A DNA stretch of 64,000 nt from the NCBI RefSeq assembly GCF_009914755.1, contig NC_060926.1, one strand, 5' to 3'. Made by a program: the position numbers and the translations under genes. The notes under the pieces are model-generated. The model was not told the origin of the DNA. It saw only the letters and a program-made list of their open reading frames with translations, and ran no database searches. This DNA is from the human T2T-CHM13v2.0 reference genome, Homo sapiens. This document shows, piece after piece, positions 43,651-57,276 of the stretch. Every line of letters begins with the position of its first letter. Position 1 is the first letter of the stretch.

Positions 43651-45019
43651 AGGACAGTATCTTTTAGTACTAAAGACAAACTGCTAAAAATTAAGTACCA
43701 GATAGCAAAACTTTTTAGAAGTATTCACCATTAGCTTTCTCTGCTCAATTCACCAATTATACTCTCACTGTAAATCAAGTCAATCAATTAGTCAACAGAT
43801 TTTTATTGAAAACTCTATACATGGGGCACTGTGTTGAGACCCAGGAATTGAAAGAGCCCAATCTAAGGCCTCCTCACAAGGAGATGTGACCCTTTCTTGT
43901 AAATAGAATTTTAAAAATTTAATTGTTTGCTTCCTCTATAAATTATTTTCTCTTGGTGTCATGGAAGATCTATAAATTCTGATAAATACTTTTATTTTGA
44001 GTTAACTTCCTTCAGCATGCTTTGGATAATAATAAAAAATGGAACTCATGATTCTTGCTATTTTAATTAAATTAAACCCTTGAAACCCCCGTCTCTCAAG
44101 TGATTTTCCACTCCCTTCTATGGGTTTATTTCCTAATAGGCACTTTATTACTCTTGAAAGTCATTTATTTATTCCTTTAGATACACTGCCCGTTTTTCCT
44201 GCAATGAATGTTTAAGTTCTATGCTGCTAAAAGTTTCTTCCTGGTTTGGTGTTCAAAGCCAAGAACAGTGACTGGAAAGTCAGAGAAACTCAACCAACTT
44301 TCCTTGAATGATTGTGTGAATAAATGAAAATTGGCTATGAATGTAGTAGAAGTGAATTCTAGCCCTAGATGACAAGTTAAACAAAGATGCCTTTTTAAGT
44401 CCTCTGTCAAACCATAAGACTTTAGAATTTTACAATTCAGTTTTCTAATTAACAATGATAACCACTACTTGAGCAGACCAATATATAATCAGAGGGGTTA
44501 GGTGGCCAGTGACCCAAAGATGCTAGTCATCAAAACAGCACTCAGTATTGACATTTTCTCTGTTGTATTGTGCTGTGTTTCAGTCTTCAAAGGTGTCTGG
44601 TATATATATTTTACTTTTTAATCTTCTAAAGACCGTTTCACTAATTAGACACCTATCATTTTTGGCAAAGAGCCAAAGTTAACCTTCACTGTATTGCTCT
44701 AATAAAGATTGTTTTTAATGAAATAGGTGACTAAGCTATTGTTAACAATCTAGAGTAATAAATGTATGGAGGATTTTCAGCTGTCTAAAGAAAGAGTTAA
44801 GTGATATAGATATAAAATTTGTTTCACATGGCTTAAAAGTGTAGACAATTACAGAAGAATGTTTAAGGGATATGAAAATGTATAAGGTTGTGAATACAAA
44901 TTTGTCATCAGTCTCCATAATATTAAAATAAAAGTCTATTTCTTGAAGCATAAGAAAATTGTTTCAGCATTAGAAGAAACGTAATAAAATGAAATCTATA
45001 CATTTATAACCAATTACCA

Positions 45020-45235
45020 CTTACGAACATTCATTGCATAGCCAGACAGAGGACCAGGCCTTCAATGTATATTTTTTAAATGTTACTGTAATCCTGTGAA
45101 ATAGATATATTGCCATCATTTTACAGCTGAAGAAACCGAGAGCTGGACAGATTAAAGAATTAATGTGAAGCTAAATCTGGGATTTGAACCAGGTATCCTT
45201 CCTGTGCCATGCTCTTTGCCTCTACAGCATTGCCT
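45020..45235 (-). mobile_element. MIR SINE
   Basis: ATTTTACAGCTGAAGAAACCGAG..CTGGGATTTGAACCAGG. Confidence 0.7.
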
Positions 45236-45499
45236 CTTGTGGGTCTGGCTGAAATTACACACAGTATAAACTTGATATTTGAAGATGCTTAGGTGTGTGT
45301 ACACTTTTACCCAGTAGTGTGGCTTTTGAGAAACTCTACTTGTGGGATTATGAGTACTTTTTAAATTTTCTAGTTTATATTTATTATTCCAAATTTATTC
45401 AAGAAATATGTCACATTTTAAAATGTGCATCTAAAAATATTCATTGGGTTTTGGGGAGGGTGTTTATAAATCTTTGAAGACATTGCAAAGGGTACTATC

Positions 45500-45592
45500 T
45501 GTGCTTCCCTCGACTTCCCCTTGGAACTGCTGTGAGAAACAAGCTATTAGGCCGGGTAGATCGCTGGTCTGACTCAGCATGGCATATCTGAA
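45500..45592 (+). mobile_element. Ancient CR1/L3 (Plat_L3-like) 3' tail
   Basis: GAAACAAGCTATTAGGCCGGGTAGATCGCTGGTCTGACTCAGCATGGCA resembles remembered GAGACAGGATACTGGGCTAGATGGACCATTGGTCTGACCCAGTATGGCA. Confidence 0.5.
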
Positions 45593-46299
45593 GATGGACT
45601 ATTCACTAAGTCATATTGAATGTGCCTTCCAGTCTTATAGCCGTTCCTGAAACTCGATAGCTAATAGAATGCCATATTCAAAAGGCATTGAGCACTGTTT
45701 TCCCCAGTGCTTTGAGTTTGGAAATCATGATATAAGTTATTACTACAATTATTTTCCACCTTCATCTGCCAAAGAAAGTGAAATCAATTCATCCACATCT
45801 TGACTGCAACGCTGTTGTAAAAGATCCTCTACCTACTCTGAACATGGATCTTTAAAATTGAACCTACTGATGCAACATAAATTTTAGAAAAGTCATCTTC
45901 AACTGCCAGGCTGGCCGCAGTACTATTTAAAACATGATTTGGGGACCTCTATTTCAATTTCCATTACTCACAGGTCACAAGTCTTCACCTTTGTTTAGGC
46001 AAGTCCTAGACTAATGCTCTCACCGAACAGAATAGTTCTGCTGTCATCCACAGGTTACTTGACCTCTCTCTACTATAGTTTGTTTTCGTGTAAATTGGGA
46101 ACTGTTCCATCTGCAATTCACTCAGTAGGCATTTTGTGATGCTGTTTGTCATGGTGGTCCTATGAGGAACCCATGAGTGTTTCATGGTCCTGAACTTTAT
46201 TGAAGTTACAGAATGGGCCCTCCTTCTGATTTCAACTCTTACTCACCACAGGCATTGCAGAGGCCCTGAGCCATGCCAAGTCTCATCTTCCTTCCTTTG

Positions 46300-46300
46300 T

Positions 46301-46335
<35 letters not shown>

Positions 46336-46339
46336 TTTT
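46300..46339. repeat. (TTTA)n STR inside a MIR-like fragment
   Basis: Read directly. Confidence 0.9.
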
Positions 46340-49300
46340 AAGCAGGGATAATTGTAGATGTTCCTCATAGAGTTGTTGTGAATAGGAAATGAAATAGTAT
46401 GTGTGAAAACTTGCCACAGTGACAGTCACAGAGTGAGATCCTCATGGGCAGTAGATGCAACTGAGCAGAGATATAAATGCCAATCATTTTGAATGTGATA
46501 ATCTTGTATTTATTTTGTAATTAATAATCTTGTAATAATTATTGTTTGTTTTTTGTTGATTCATATAATTTGATTTGCATATATAGTCATTGTTGAAAAA
46601 TTGGCAAAGAGAAAACGGAGGCAGAGATATCTCCACAGATAGATTCTATCACTGCTACCTACAACCATTTTAAATTACTGTTAAAATTTTGGTGTTTTTT
46701 GCTTTCATTTTTATTAACACAATCAATATTTTCACTGATATAATTATATATACTTATACAAGTTTTATGATACCTTCTTCATTCTATAATGAAAGATAAA
46801 CACTTAATATTGCTATTACAAATACTGGCAACTATTAATTAATATTTTCAGTCTGTATGTAATTATTTTTATCTATTTAGAAACTATAGATAGTAAATTA
46901 AGAAAAAATCAGTATTTGTAATTCTGTACACCAGAGAGAGCCACATTTTAAGATATTTTCTTCTGTTTTTTTTTTTATATGCGTAGACCTATGATTTAAT
47001 CTAAGTTGCCAGTGATTGTCAGACCTACAATTATTTCCTAAGGAGAAAAAAATGCTGCCAAATAAACACTGACACACTGCTTTGTACCTCTTAGAACTTC
47101 TGTTTTGTATGCCTTGAAATGGCCTTCAAATTATATAGGCAGAGGTATTTATTGTAGTATCAGTCTCGGTCATACATTAAAAATAGATGCAAAATTAATT
47201 GGGTAACATATTCCTCGGACAAAACCACATTCACAGTCTGTCTCTCTTGACTCCTGTTTGGCTTATTCACATCTGTGTCCAACATGGTGTGGTCTTCTGT
47301 GCTGCTGTTTCTCCCAAGTAAACAATCTTTTTTCAATGTTGAATCACAGCATAATATTTTAAAGCCATTTTAAATAGCAATTAAACTTAAAATTGACTCA
47401 TAAAATAATGAAGCTGTGCCCAGCTTTGCCCAAGTCTACACAGTTTTCATGTGGCCAAGCACAATCATATGAGGACCAACAGTGACCTATTGACAGGAGG
47501 GTGCACCCCAGTTTTAGGCATGCTACCGTGCAAAAAATATACACAGCTAGAACAACTTGAAAAATTACATATTTTTTCCTTTAGGGTGCTTTATTTAGTT
47601 TTATCTCTCTTTTTTTTATTCCCATTCAATATTGAGAACATTTCCCAGTATCTTTAAGACCCTTAGAAAAAATCTCTTTCAAAGAGATTTCAAATGCTCT
47701 TCAATTAATGTAGCACCAAAAGCCTTCAGCTTTTGAGGCTTTTAGAAAATTACGATTATTGAAAACAAACCTTACAAACAGGAATATATTGAAGATTATT
47801 CCTACAAAAGCAAAGGAGGAACGGAGCAAATTAAATGATGGACACTCAGATATGTACAAAATTTAATTTTAAAAACCCATAATTACATGTTGGAATCTCT
47901 TGACTTCTGGGAAGAATATTTTGATAGAGCTCCTATTTTTAAATAGATAAATTCATATCTTATATCAGAAAGAAATAAAATTGAGAAAGTCTATGATTTC
48001 ACATAAACCTCAATCTGATCATAGATTGAAGAGAAGCATAGAGGCTTATTTGACAAGTTTTATTGTATAATATTTTTATTAAAGAAAGATATTATAAAAG
48101 GAGGAGAAAACACTTCGCATATAAAATATTTGACTGAAATATGTTAAAAACCTTATGCAAAAATATTAGAATTAAGAATATCCTCCACTTATCAATGTTT
48201 TTCTGAATTTTGTAGAGATCTCAGCATCTAAAGACAGAATAAATAATATCGTGGTCTACAAAGAAGCCGCAGGTAGTTATGTCAACAATTTCCAACATAT
48301 AAATTTTAAACTATAATTCTGAAGAAAACTGTAAGCAGTTTTCTATAAAAATTACCATATTGAAAGATATGTTTTTCAGAAAAATGCAATAATGAGGTAG
48401 TAGAGACAGAGCTAAAGTATAAAGTATATGAATAAGCAAAAAGAATAATTGTTATTTTAGTTTTTAAAAATAATTTTATTGGTGAAAATTGTTTTATTTC
48501 TTAAGTTTAAAAATCCCACCAATATAATAAAGTCAGTTTGTGATTCAGCAAATAAATATTTTTAAAAATTTTTAAATTTTTTTATACTTGAAAATCATCT
48601 CTCATATGGTGTTTAATATGATATTTAACCCTTTCCTTACTGTAGATCATTTAGGATAGTTCTACTTCCTCTACTGTACTCAATAGAAATGGGTATCTCT
48701 CCCTTTGCAATTCTGATCATTTTGTTAGGATAGATTCCAAGTACTGGAATTTCTAAATCTTACAAAAATTTCAAAACTGAATTGCATTGAGTGGTATTCT
48801 CTGAATATCAAGAAATAAAAATATTAAAATTCCAATGCATAATTTAATTCTATGCATAATCCAATGTAGTTAATAACAATCCAATGCATAATTGAAACAA
48901 AAATATTTTGAAATAGGTTTTAAATAACTAAAAGAATATCAATAGCACTTTGTAGTAACATAATGTTCAGCAAATTATATGAATAGAACTTGTGAAAATT
49001 ATTTTTAAATAGTTATAATTTTCAATCAATTATATTTTTAAATCAAAGGCATTTACTAGGTATTGGCCGTGTTTTATGCATTATGCATACTTCTCTCTGA
49101 AAGGAAAAGAAAGAAAAGATCTTGTTCTTAAGAGATTCTTCTGGTAGTGACTGAAATGCATACACCGAGATAATCACCATAATCCTCTACAATTGTCCTA
49201 GTAAAACACCCGAGGACAGCAAACACAGAGACTGACCAATCTCACCTGCAGGAAAGTAGGACTGGGACCAAGCATGCTTGGGGTAGATTTCAAAGGAAGC

Positions 49301-49604
49301 AGTGAGAGTGGAGCTGAGTCTGGGGGGCTGAGAAGTTTGATAGCAGAGATGAGAAAGAATGTAGATATATAGGGACAACATGGATGTAGTCCTCAAATAG
49401 GGAAAAGCATGGTGTATTTGAGGAACAGAGACCACTGTGAAGTTGATCCCAGGATGCATGGGGCTGGGAGAAAGGGTAGGGTGGAAGGAGGCTGGGTGTC
49501 TTGTATTAAATTGGGATGTGTCTTATTTGTCCCGACATGGATGCTCTGATTGCATTAAATTGCACTTTTCTCTGGAGGCTGGTAATTATGCTACTATCCC
49601 ACAT

Positions 49605-50145
49605 AGCATATTTATTCAAGAAATATTTAGTGATACCTTGTTTTCTGCGTACTAGACACTCTTCTGATCCCAGGAAAAGAGTCTTGGGCACAACAGATAA
49701 ATGCAATAGCAATACATGAAAAAAAATAAGGTAATATTTTAAGTAATGAGAAGTATTATAAAATAAGTAAAACAGGAATTTTTTTTTTTTAATCCTCAGG
49801 CTGGAGTTCAATGTAAACATATTCTGAATTAACACAGCAGGGGTCTCTCTTAAAAGATGATATGTGGACTATAGAGTCCAGCCATCTTTAGTACCAGAGG
49901 AGAAGAAATCTAGGTAGTGGAAACCACAAAATGACAAGTGCAAAAGCCCTGGGGCAGGATCAAGCTTGGCAGTTTGAAGAACTGGAGGAAGGCCAGTACC
50001 TGAAGTTCCAGAACAGAATAAGGATGAGATGGGTACAAGAAGGGAATGTAGAGGTATTTGGAGGCTTATAGGTCTTTGTGAGGAGCTCGAATTTGATGCT
50101 AAATGCTATGCGCAGCTACTGGAAGTTTTTAGACTAAAGTAACAT
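49605..50145 (-). mobile_element. L2 fragment
   Basis: ATTCAAGAAATATTTAGTGA.. and AAGTGCAAAAGCCCTGGGGCAGGATCAAGCTTGGCAGTTTGAAGAACTGGAGGAAGGCCAGT. Confidence 0.7.
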
Positions 50146-50284
50146 TTTCCGGCAACAAAAAATTCGCACTTTCACTTTAATGTGGAAGTGAGTACATGCC
50201 ACATATATTACTCAGTATAATGCATCCATGGCTTTATATAATATTTAAAAATATAGCTTTGTATAAAACTAGAGAGGAGATGGC

Positions 50285-50574
50285 TGGGAGCGCCGAGGCG
50301 GGCGGATCACAAAGTCAGGAGTTTGAAAACAGCCTGACCAACTTGGTGAAACCCCATCTGTACTAAAAATACAAAAACTAGCTGGGTGTGGTGGCGGGAT
50401 TACAGGCACCCAGCTACTCCGGAGGCTGAGGCATGGGAATTGCTTGAACCTGGGAGGCGGAGGTTGTAGTGAGCGGAGATCCTGCCACTGCACTCCAGCC
50501 TGGGAGACAGAGCAAGACTTCATCTCAAAAACAAAACAACAACCACCACCAAACAAACAAACAAACAAACAGAC
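50285..50574 (+). mobile_element. 5'-truncated AluS (Sg-like) with internal micro-inversion
   Basis: Starts at TGGGAG; TSD AAACTAGAGARGAG at 50266-50279 and 50575-50588. Confidence 0.93.
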
Positions 50575-51064
50575 AAACTAGAGAAGAGGAGAGCTTGCAC
50601 ATGGTTCTCAGGTTGATTTCTTTTTTTTTTTTTTTCTTTTTTTGCATAACTGTGAAGATCAATTTGGATCGCTACTAACTCTAGTTTTGATCATTTGGGC
50701 TCATGTTTGGCAGAGGTGGGAGAGTCGTTTATATGGAATGGATTATGTGGTGTACAGAGGCCTACCAGGTAGATACCTCAGTTTCAGCCTTGTATGCTCG
50801 AATATATAGAGAAGACTTTCTGACTTTTCTTTCAGAACAATATTATTTGAGAAATGAGTTAATTTTCCTTCTGATTGTCCTTATGGCAGTGGTTACTGAG
50901 GACAGCGAAAATCACCTGGTTACCATTGAATAGGTCTGGGAGACAAAATTGAGTGTGGATCTTCTTCTGTCTGTGTATTTATAGATGTTGTTTCTGTGTG
51001 ATACAAATGAGTTTTCATTAATTGACTTAAAAATAATTAGTGCTTACAACAAATATTTTGTCAG

Positions 51065-51261
51065 GAAAGTAAAGGAACAAAAGAACGGCTACTCCATAGG
51101 CAAAGAAGCCCCAAGACCTGCTGTTTGCCTATTTTATGTTTATTTCTAAACAAAAGGTGGATTATTCATGAGTTTTCCAGGAATGAGGTGGACAATTCCA
51201 GAACTGAGGGTTCCTCCCAATTTTAGACCATATAGGGTAACTTCCTGACATTGCCATGGCA
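51065..51261 (-). mobile_element. MER41-like ERV1 LTR, internal fragment
   Basis: GAAAGTAAAGGAACAAAAGAACGGCTACTCCATAGGC..GGATTATTCATGAGTTTTCC..AGACCATATAGGGTAACTTCCTGACATTGCCATGGCA. Confidence 0.75.
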
Positions 51262-52679
51262 GTTACCATCATTCTGACTTTGATTGATTTTCACTCAACC
51301 TTTTTCCAAGAGGTAATCATCTGCAAGAAATAAGTGATTAAAGGAATTCTTTAGGAAATTAATAATAACAAAAAGTTTTAGATAATCCTCCCCTGAGCAG
51401 TATATTATGTTTGCATATTCAATGAAGAAAGTCCTAAAACCTATTATGTACATTTATATAGTACCTTTCCCTTCTATTCATATTTTGGCCTATTCTTTTT
51501 TATATGTATATCTTACTAGATCCATTCATATCATGCAGGCTGCTATTCACTTGATTATAGTGATAGTGCACTTTTTTTTCATGCAATGTGTCAAGGTAAT
51601 TAATATTAGCTGCTCACAACAGAAAATCACCCTTGAAATTCCAGTGGTTTAATGCCACAAAGATTTATTTCTCAGGTCTGTGATTGGGTGGCCATTCACC
51701 ATCTTGTAGCATGCTGCTTAGAACAAGCACCCTGCAAAGTTGCAAAGGCAAGTGAAACAAAACAGAAGATGCAGAGCGGCTCTTAACTGCCCGCAAATGG
51801 CCCACAGCACACACCCTTACAGAGTACTGGGCAGATCTGGTTTCATGGCTAAGTGTAATGGAGGACATGAAATGGATGGTGAACACTGTCTTTGTCACCA
51901 CCAGCCTTTCTGTCACCAAATATCTGCTACCCTCTTATACATGTACACTCCCATCTTTTCCTGTCCCTCCACTCATTGGTGGTCATGATACACCACACTT
52001 TTGTCATTCATGCTTTTGAAAGTCATTCCAAAGTGCCATCCAATTACCTTGTCTACTTCCAAGACCACGTGTGTGGTAGTGTTTTCATAAAGTCGGCATG
52101 TGGCCTCTCTTAGTATAGAGACCTTGACTTAAAAAAGAAATAAAATTAAAAAAATGAATATCATCCCTTCTCCTCAATACCCCCTCTCCCCATAAATGTA
52201 TACACATATATATCCAATGTGCAAAAATAGAACAGGAAAAGGATAGCTGCAGTAGACACTGCTATTCATTCAGAGGGTGAGACTGGAGAAGGGCTCTCTG
52301 CCACTCAACAGTCCCCAGCCTGCAGCCGTTCCGCAATCCTGTTCAGCAAACGTTGCAACATCCTCCTGCCTTGGAAAATGGAAGCTTGATTTGCTCTCTG
52401 GGGCAGCTCCTTTGTCTATCACTATCCAGGCTGTTAGACTCCTCTCTGGAAGGTTATTCTTTTCCTATTACTTTCTCTGGCATCAGCAAAAATGGAAATT
52501 AGGGGATATGCCTTTTGGGGTTATACTTTCTCCTCTCACTTCCTATCCACAGAAAGTTAGAGCCACAAGGAATATTTTAAGCACCAAATATTAAAAAGTC
52601 CTTTTGGTCCAAACTCATGGTATGTTTGATAAAATATTTGCCTCAAAAACTAAGTGAACTACTGGTCAATATGCCTGGT

Positions 52680-52750
52680 TCTCCGTGCCGGTAACCACAC
52701 CCACAGTTCTTTCGGAAGTTTTGACTTCCGTCGCAGCACCCCCTCCCTGA
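52680..52750. promoter_or_regulatory. Candidate ETS/RUNX/KLF enhancer core
   Basis: AACCACA, CCACACCC, CGGAAGT-tttg-ACTTCCG; 5 CpGs in ~55 bp. Confidence 0.4.
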
Positions 52751-53145
52751 GCCTGTCTCTCTCAATTTGATTTCAAATAATCTTTCTGGGAAAATGCACA
52801 GGAATGATACACCCTTTGGATCTTTACACTGAATTGCTTTATCTAACTGAGAGATTGTACTGGGTCTTTGCTGCTGAAAATCTTTATAAAATCCTATCAT
52901 TTCTTTTGGTTATCTAGAAGCACCGTTTTTTCCAATCAAAAAGTTCCCACATTTCTGCAATCTTCCAATGTCTCCCGCTCCCTCATATATACAATCTTTT
53001 TTCTCTTTTTTCTAAATCTTACCACACACAGCTGATATACTCTTCTGATTTGCAGCTTCTTCCCTTAAGACTTAAGTCCTCTGTGCATATAGTCTGCCTT
53101 CAAAGGTCATGATTTCAATAAAGGTTTCACCATCACCAGACGTAG

Positions 53146-53520
<375 letters not shown>

Positions 53521-53692
53521 CATATCCAATTATTTACTGGCACTCCCTTCTTCCTTTTTTCTTATTTGTTTCTTTTTTAAAACTTTTATTTTAAGTTCAG
53601 GGATGTAAATGCTTGTTTGTTACATAGGTAAACTTGTGTCATGGAGGTTTGTTATACAGATTATTTCATCACCCAGTTATTAAGCCTAGCAC

Positions 53693-54363
53693 TGTTCCCA
53701 GACCGAACTGAGGGTCGGGCTGCTTATTTTCATGGCCCAAAAATGAGATGAAGATGAGCTGGGAAAGAAGGGAGTTTATGTCTGTAACTGGGTACAGGGA
53801 GAAGGCTTGGAAAATATCACCAGACCAACTCAAAATTACGAAGTTTTCCAGAGCTTATATACCTTCTAAGCTATATATCTATGTGTAAGTGTTCATTCAT
53901 CAAAAGTCATAAGTGATTAACTTCCTCTAAACTATAACTAAGGTCTGAGTCCTGAAGACCTTCCTCTGGAGCCTCAGTAAATTTACTTAATCTAAATGGG
54001 TCCAAGAGCTGGGGTGATTGACCTTATCTTGTCTCCTGCTAAATCATGAAGGTTTGGGGAGTTTTTTCAGACCCCCAATAAACTTGTTGTGGAGGCCTTG
54101 GGAGTTCCTTCAGACCCCCCAATAAAACTTGTTTAATCCTAAGTGGGTCCTGTTAAGAATTCCTTCATTATCTTGTCATACTTCAAGACCCAGGGATGGC
54201 CTAGGCAAAACTCTTGGTGGGCTTTTGTTACCTTCCAGCCTTTTTGTAAGGACACTGGCTCTATCAGCTTTTAATGTTTAACTTAACCACTTAGTGCTGA
54301 AACAATTGTTCTAGAGGCCTGACTGCTGACTGTTCAGCCATTAGGAAGACCTGGCCTGCCACA
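53693..54363 (-). mobile_element. ERV1 solo LTR, PABL_A/B-like
   Basis: Reverse complement starts TGTGGCAGGCCAGGTCT; TG..CA ends; 4-bp TSD GCAC/GTAC. Confidence 0.8.
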
Positions 54364-54364
54364 G

Positions 54365-54714
54365 TGTCATAGGACTATCTCCTTAGTTTAGCTAAACATG
54401 GGGGATCCTTGTCACACAGCCATGAAAAATAAGTCTCGCAGACAATTTGAAGGGGAAGAAAAATGGAATTTATTGGACAAAAAGGAAAGAAAAGGGAAAC
54501 AGGGACACGTCACAAACCCAGAGAGAGAATCCTGCTATTATATGCTTCCCACATCACAGATTAAATCCCAGGTTCCACGCAGGAAGAGGAGGGGCCAGGC
54601 TCTTCCCCACTGCAATTGGTGCATATTTTTGTGGCTCCCCCACAGTGTGCATTCCTCCCAGTGCACAGGCTGGTTGGAGTTTCTCAGGGGACCCCTTTTT
54701 ACCCGGCTGTCTCA
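54365..54714 (-). mobile_element. ERV1 solo LTR, MER61-like
   Basis: Reverse complement starts TGAGACAGCCGGG..GAGAAACTCCAACCAGCCTGTGCACTGGGAGG; perfect TSD ACAG/ACAG. Confidence 0.8.
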
Positions 54715-57276
54715 ACAGTACTCATTAGTTATTTTTCCTGATCCTCTCCCTCCTCTCACCCTCCACCCTCCAAAAGGCCTCAGTGCATTTTTCCCTTCTA
54801 TGTATCCATGTGTTCTCATTGTTTAGCTCCCTCTTATAAGTGAGAATATGCAGTATTTGGTTTTCTGTTCCTGCGTTAGTTTGCTAAGGATAATGGCCTC
54901 CAGCTCCATCCATGTCTCTGCAAAGGACATGATCTCATTCTTTTTTATGGCTGCATTGTATTCCATGGTGTATATGTACCACATTTTCTTTATCGAGTCT
55001 ATCATTGATGAGCATTTAGGTCGATTCCATGTCTTTGCTGTTGTGAATAGTGTGCTGCAATGAACATGTGCATGCGTGTGTGTAGAAGCACTTGATTTCA
55101 AGCTACCAATTTCCATACTAGTCTAAGTAATTAATACTAACTGTTCATGGAAGACAAACTTCCAAACTCTCAATGTTGAATGCAGCAATGTATTTCTCAC
55201 ATTATAATTGGATGTGGATGAGGCATCCTTCCTTCATCTAAAGCTTAGCCACCTGGAATGCCGGGTGTCTGAGGTCACAAAGACCATGGTGAAGGGAAGG
55301 ACTAATGGATGTGTTACCCTAGCTTTTAACCATCTTGTCCCATAGTTAATACACACCACTCTTGCTTGCGTCTACTTGCTGGAACTAGTCTGATGGCTCC
55401 AATCTCAATTCAAGTATGGCTAGGAAGTTTAGGAGAACACATGTAATATTTGGTGAGGATTAAATCTCTTTCTCACACTATTACAAATCAGCTTTCCTTT
55501 GTAAAACTGCTTTCACATCCATGATTTAATATTAATTTCAACTGTTTCTTAGAGGTGAGACAGCAAAGTCATGACTCATTCCAGCTCTGTGGATGAGAAA
55601 ATCTATGAGTATCCACCTGTCTTTGATTACACTGACTTCCGTAGCATTTCCTCTTATCTTAGGTTTACTGCACACAGAAATCTGTTTTCTTATTCTCCAA
55701 ACACTATCACTGAACCCAAACATTTCTGTAATCACAAAGACACATAATCACAAGGAAGGCAAATAAGTCTGATAAACTATAACAAGTGCAGAGTCACCTC
55801 ACTGAGTCTATAGGAAGGATCTGCTGGAGGAAGGGTGGTTTAAGCTGATGCATTTGGGATGGATAGGAATGAGTCACGTGAAGATAGGAGAGGAGTGTAG
55901 TTCTAGGCATGGAGCAGAGAATAGAGCAGGCTGGGAGGAAGAAGAGCGTAAGAATCCTTGGTACGATGGAGGAAGGTCATCAGGTCTGCAATGCCTCCTG
56001 TAGAGGGGACAGCAGTGGGGCTGGACCACAGGCGAGTGGCAGGGATAGAAGCACTGGCAGGCCACATGAAAGAGGTTAGTTTATGCTGAAGATGGAAGAT
56101 TTAAGCAAAGTAGGGCCAGGAACTTTTTCATTCCCTTGCCTTCCTCCATTGCTCTGCAGGCTGCAAGGACTTAGAACAGGTTTGGCCTGAGGGACAACAG
56201 CAGCTTTTCAGCAGGCAGTTTCTCCAGATGATTAAACAAAGGTAACCAGAGGGCCAAAGGGCATGACTCTGCTGCAGCTTTCACCTTGAAACACTGAAGG
56301 GAAATCTACTTGCCCACAGGAAATACGAAATCCAAGCATTCTAGATATAATGTATTTCTGCTTTGGAGAAAAATATATCCTCAAATACTTCAGTACAAAA
56401 TACCACAGTGAAAAGTTTTAAAACATGGTATGCTTTTAAACAAAATGAGCTCCCTGAAGAAGCTGCAGTATCTAAGCTCACACTTGTTTCTTCTTGAATT
56501 TGTGATTTAGCAGTTTTGGGATTAGGCATCACGTGCTTTACAAAGATGTTGATCTGTAATTGCTAGTACTGACTCTTTTGCTTTCATGATGGATTATATA
56601 CCATTTGCAATTGATAGTCTCTGAATCTTTATTTTCTTTGCAAAAGTAGCATGTCATCTCCAAAAACCGGACAGCAGTGCTTGCTAAATAAAGTGTAGTA
56701 TCGATCAACGTGTTAAACTATCATGCCTTTCACAATTTGCGAACTAACATTGCACTATTCGTTTTGCTCTTATCCATCACACTTAACTCTTGCCTGCATT
56801 TCTGCTCCCCAAGCAGGGACATAAGAAGGCAATCACTAGTGAAGGATTTATGCATAATGTGGTATTCTTGGCTATCCTCATATAGTTAAATTTCATTGAT
56901 GCTGTTTTGGAAAATGACTTTATAATGAGGTGAAATTATGCTGCTCAGCTTGGCTTACTACCTATAGTGCTATGTGACACTCATGTACATTATACTCCAC
57001 AAAAGAAAGCAGGACACACTCATATCCCATTCACTGTGTACTTCCTAAAACCTCATTCCCAAAAGCTTCTATTCAAACCATGTTTCATCCTCTCCCAGAT
57101 CTTGGCACTGTATCAGGCCTATGATGATACTCCTGATGCAACAGCAACTGTTGCCATTTTGCCTCTGATCTCTTGGGTGACTAATTTCTGGATCCACCTT
57201 AAAAACTCCACTTCAGATTATTGTTGGAGGACACTCACCACAGGTGACTCCTTACGGGAAAATGTCACTGAAGTAC

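Larger units (their letters stand above)
53572..55082 (-). mobile_element. Older L1PA (about PA13-PA16) 3' end, interrupted at 53693-54718 by two LTRs
   Basis: 3'UTR ..TTAAGCCTAGCAC resumes as GTACTCATTAGTTATTTTTCCTGATCC; ORF2 C-terminal peptide in 54823-55116(-). Confidence 0.92.

Noticed and set aside
46500-49050. Very AT-rich stretch as a special element
   Set aside because: Probably decayed old L1M or low-complexity DNA; boundaries and family cannot be supported by eye
49460-49481. Canonical G-quadruplex motif GGGG-ct-GGG-agaaa-GGG-ta-GGG
   Set aside because: Isolated, in decayed repeat context, at background frequency
54050-54135. Direct repeat GGGGAGTT..TTCAGACCCCCAATAAA
   Set aside because: As I recall, an intrinsic feature of the PABL LTR consensus
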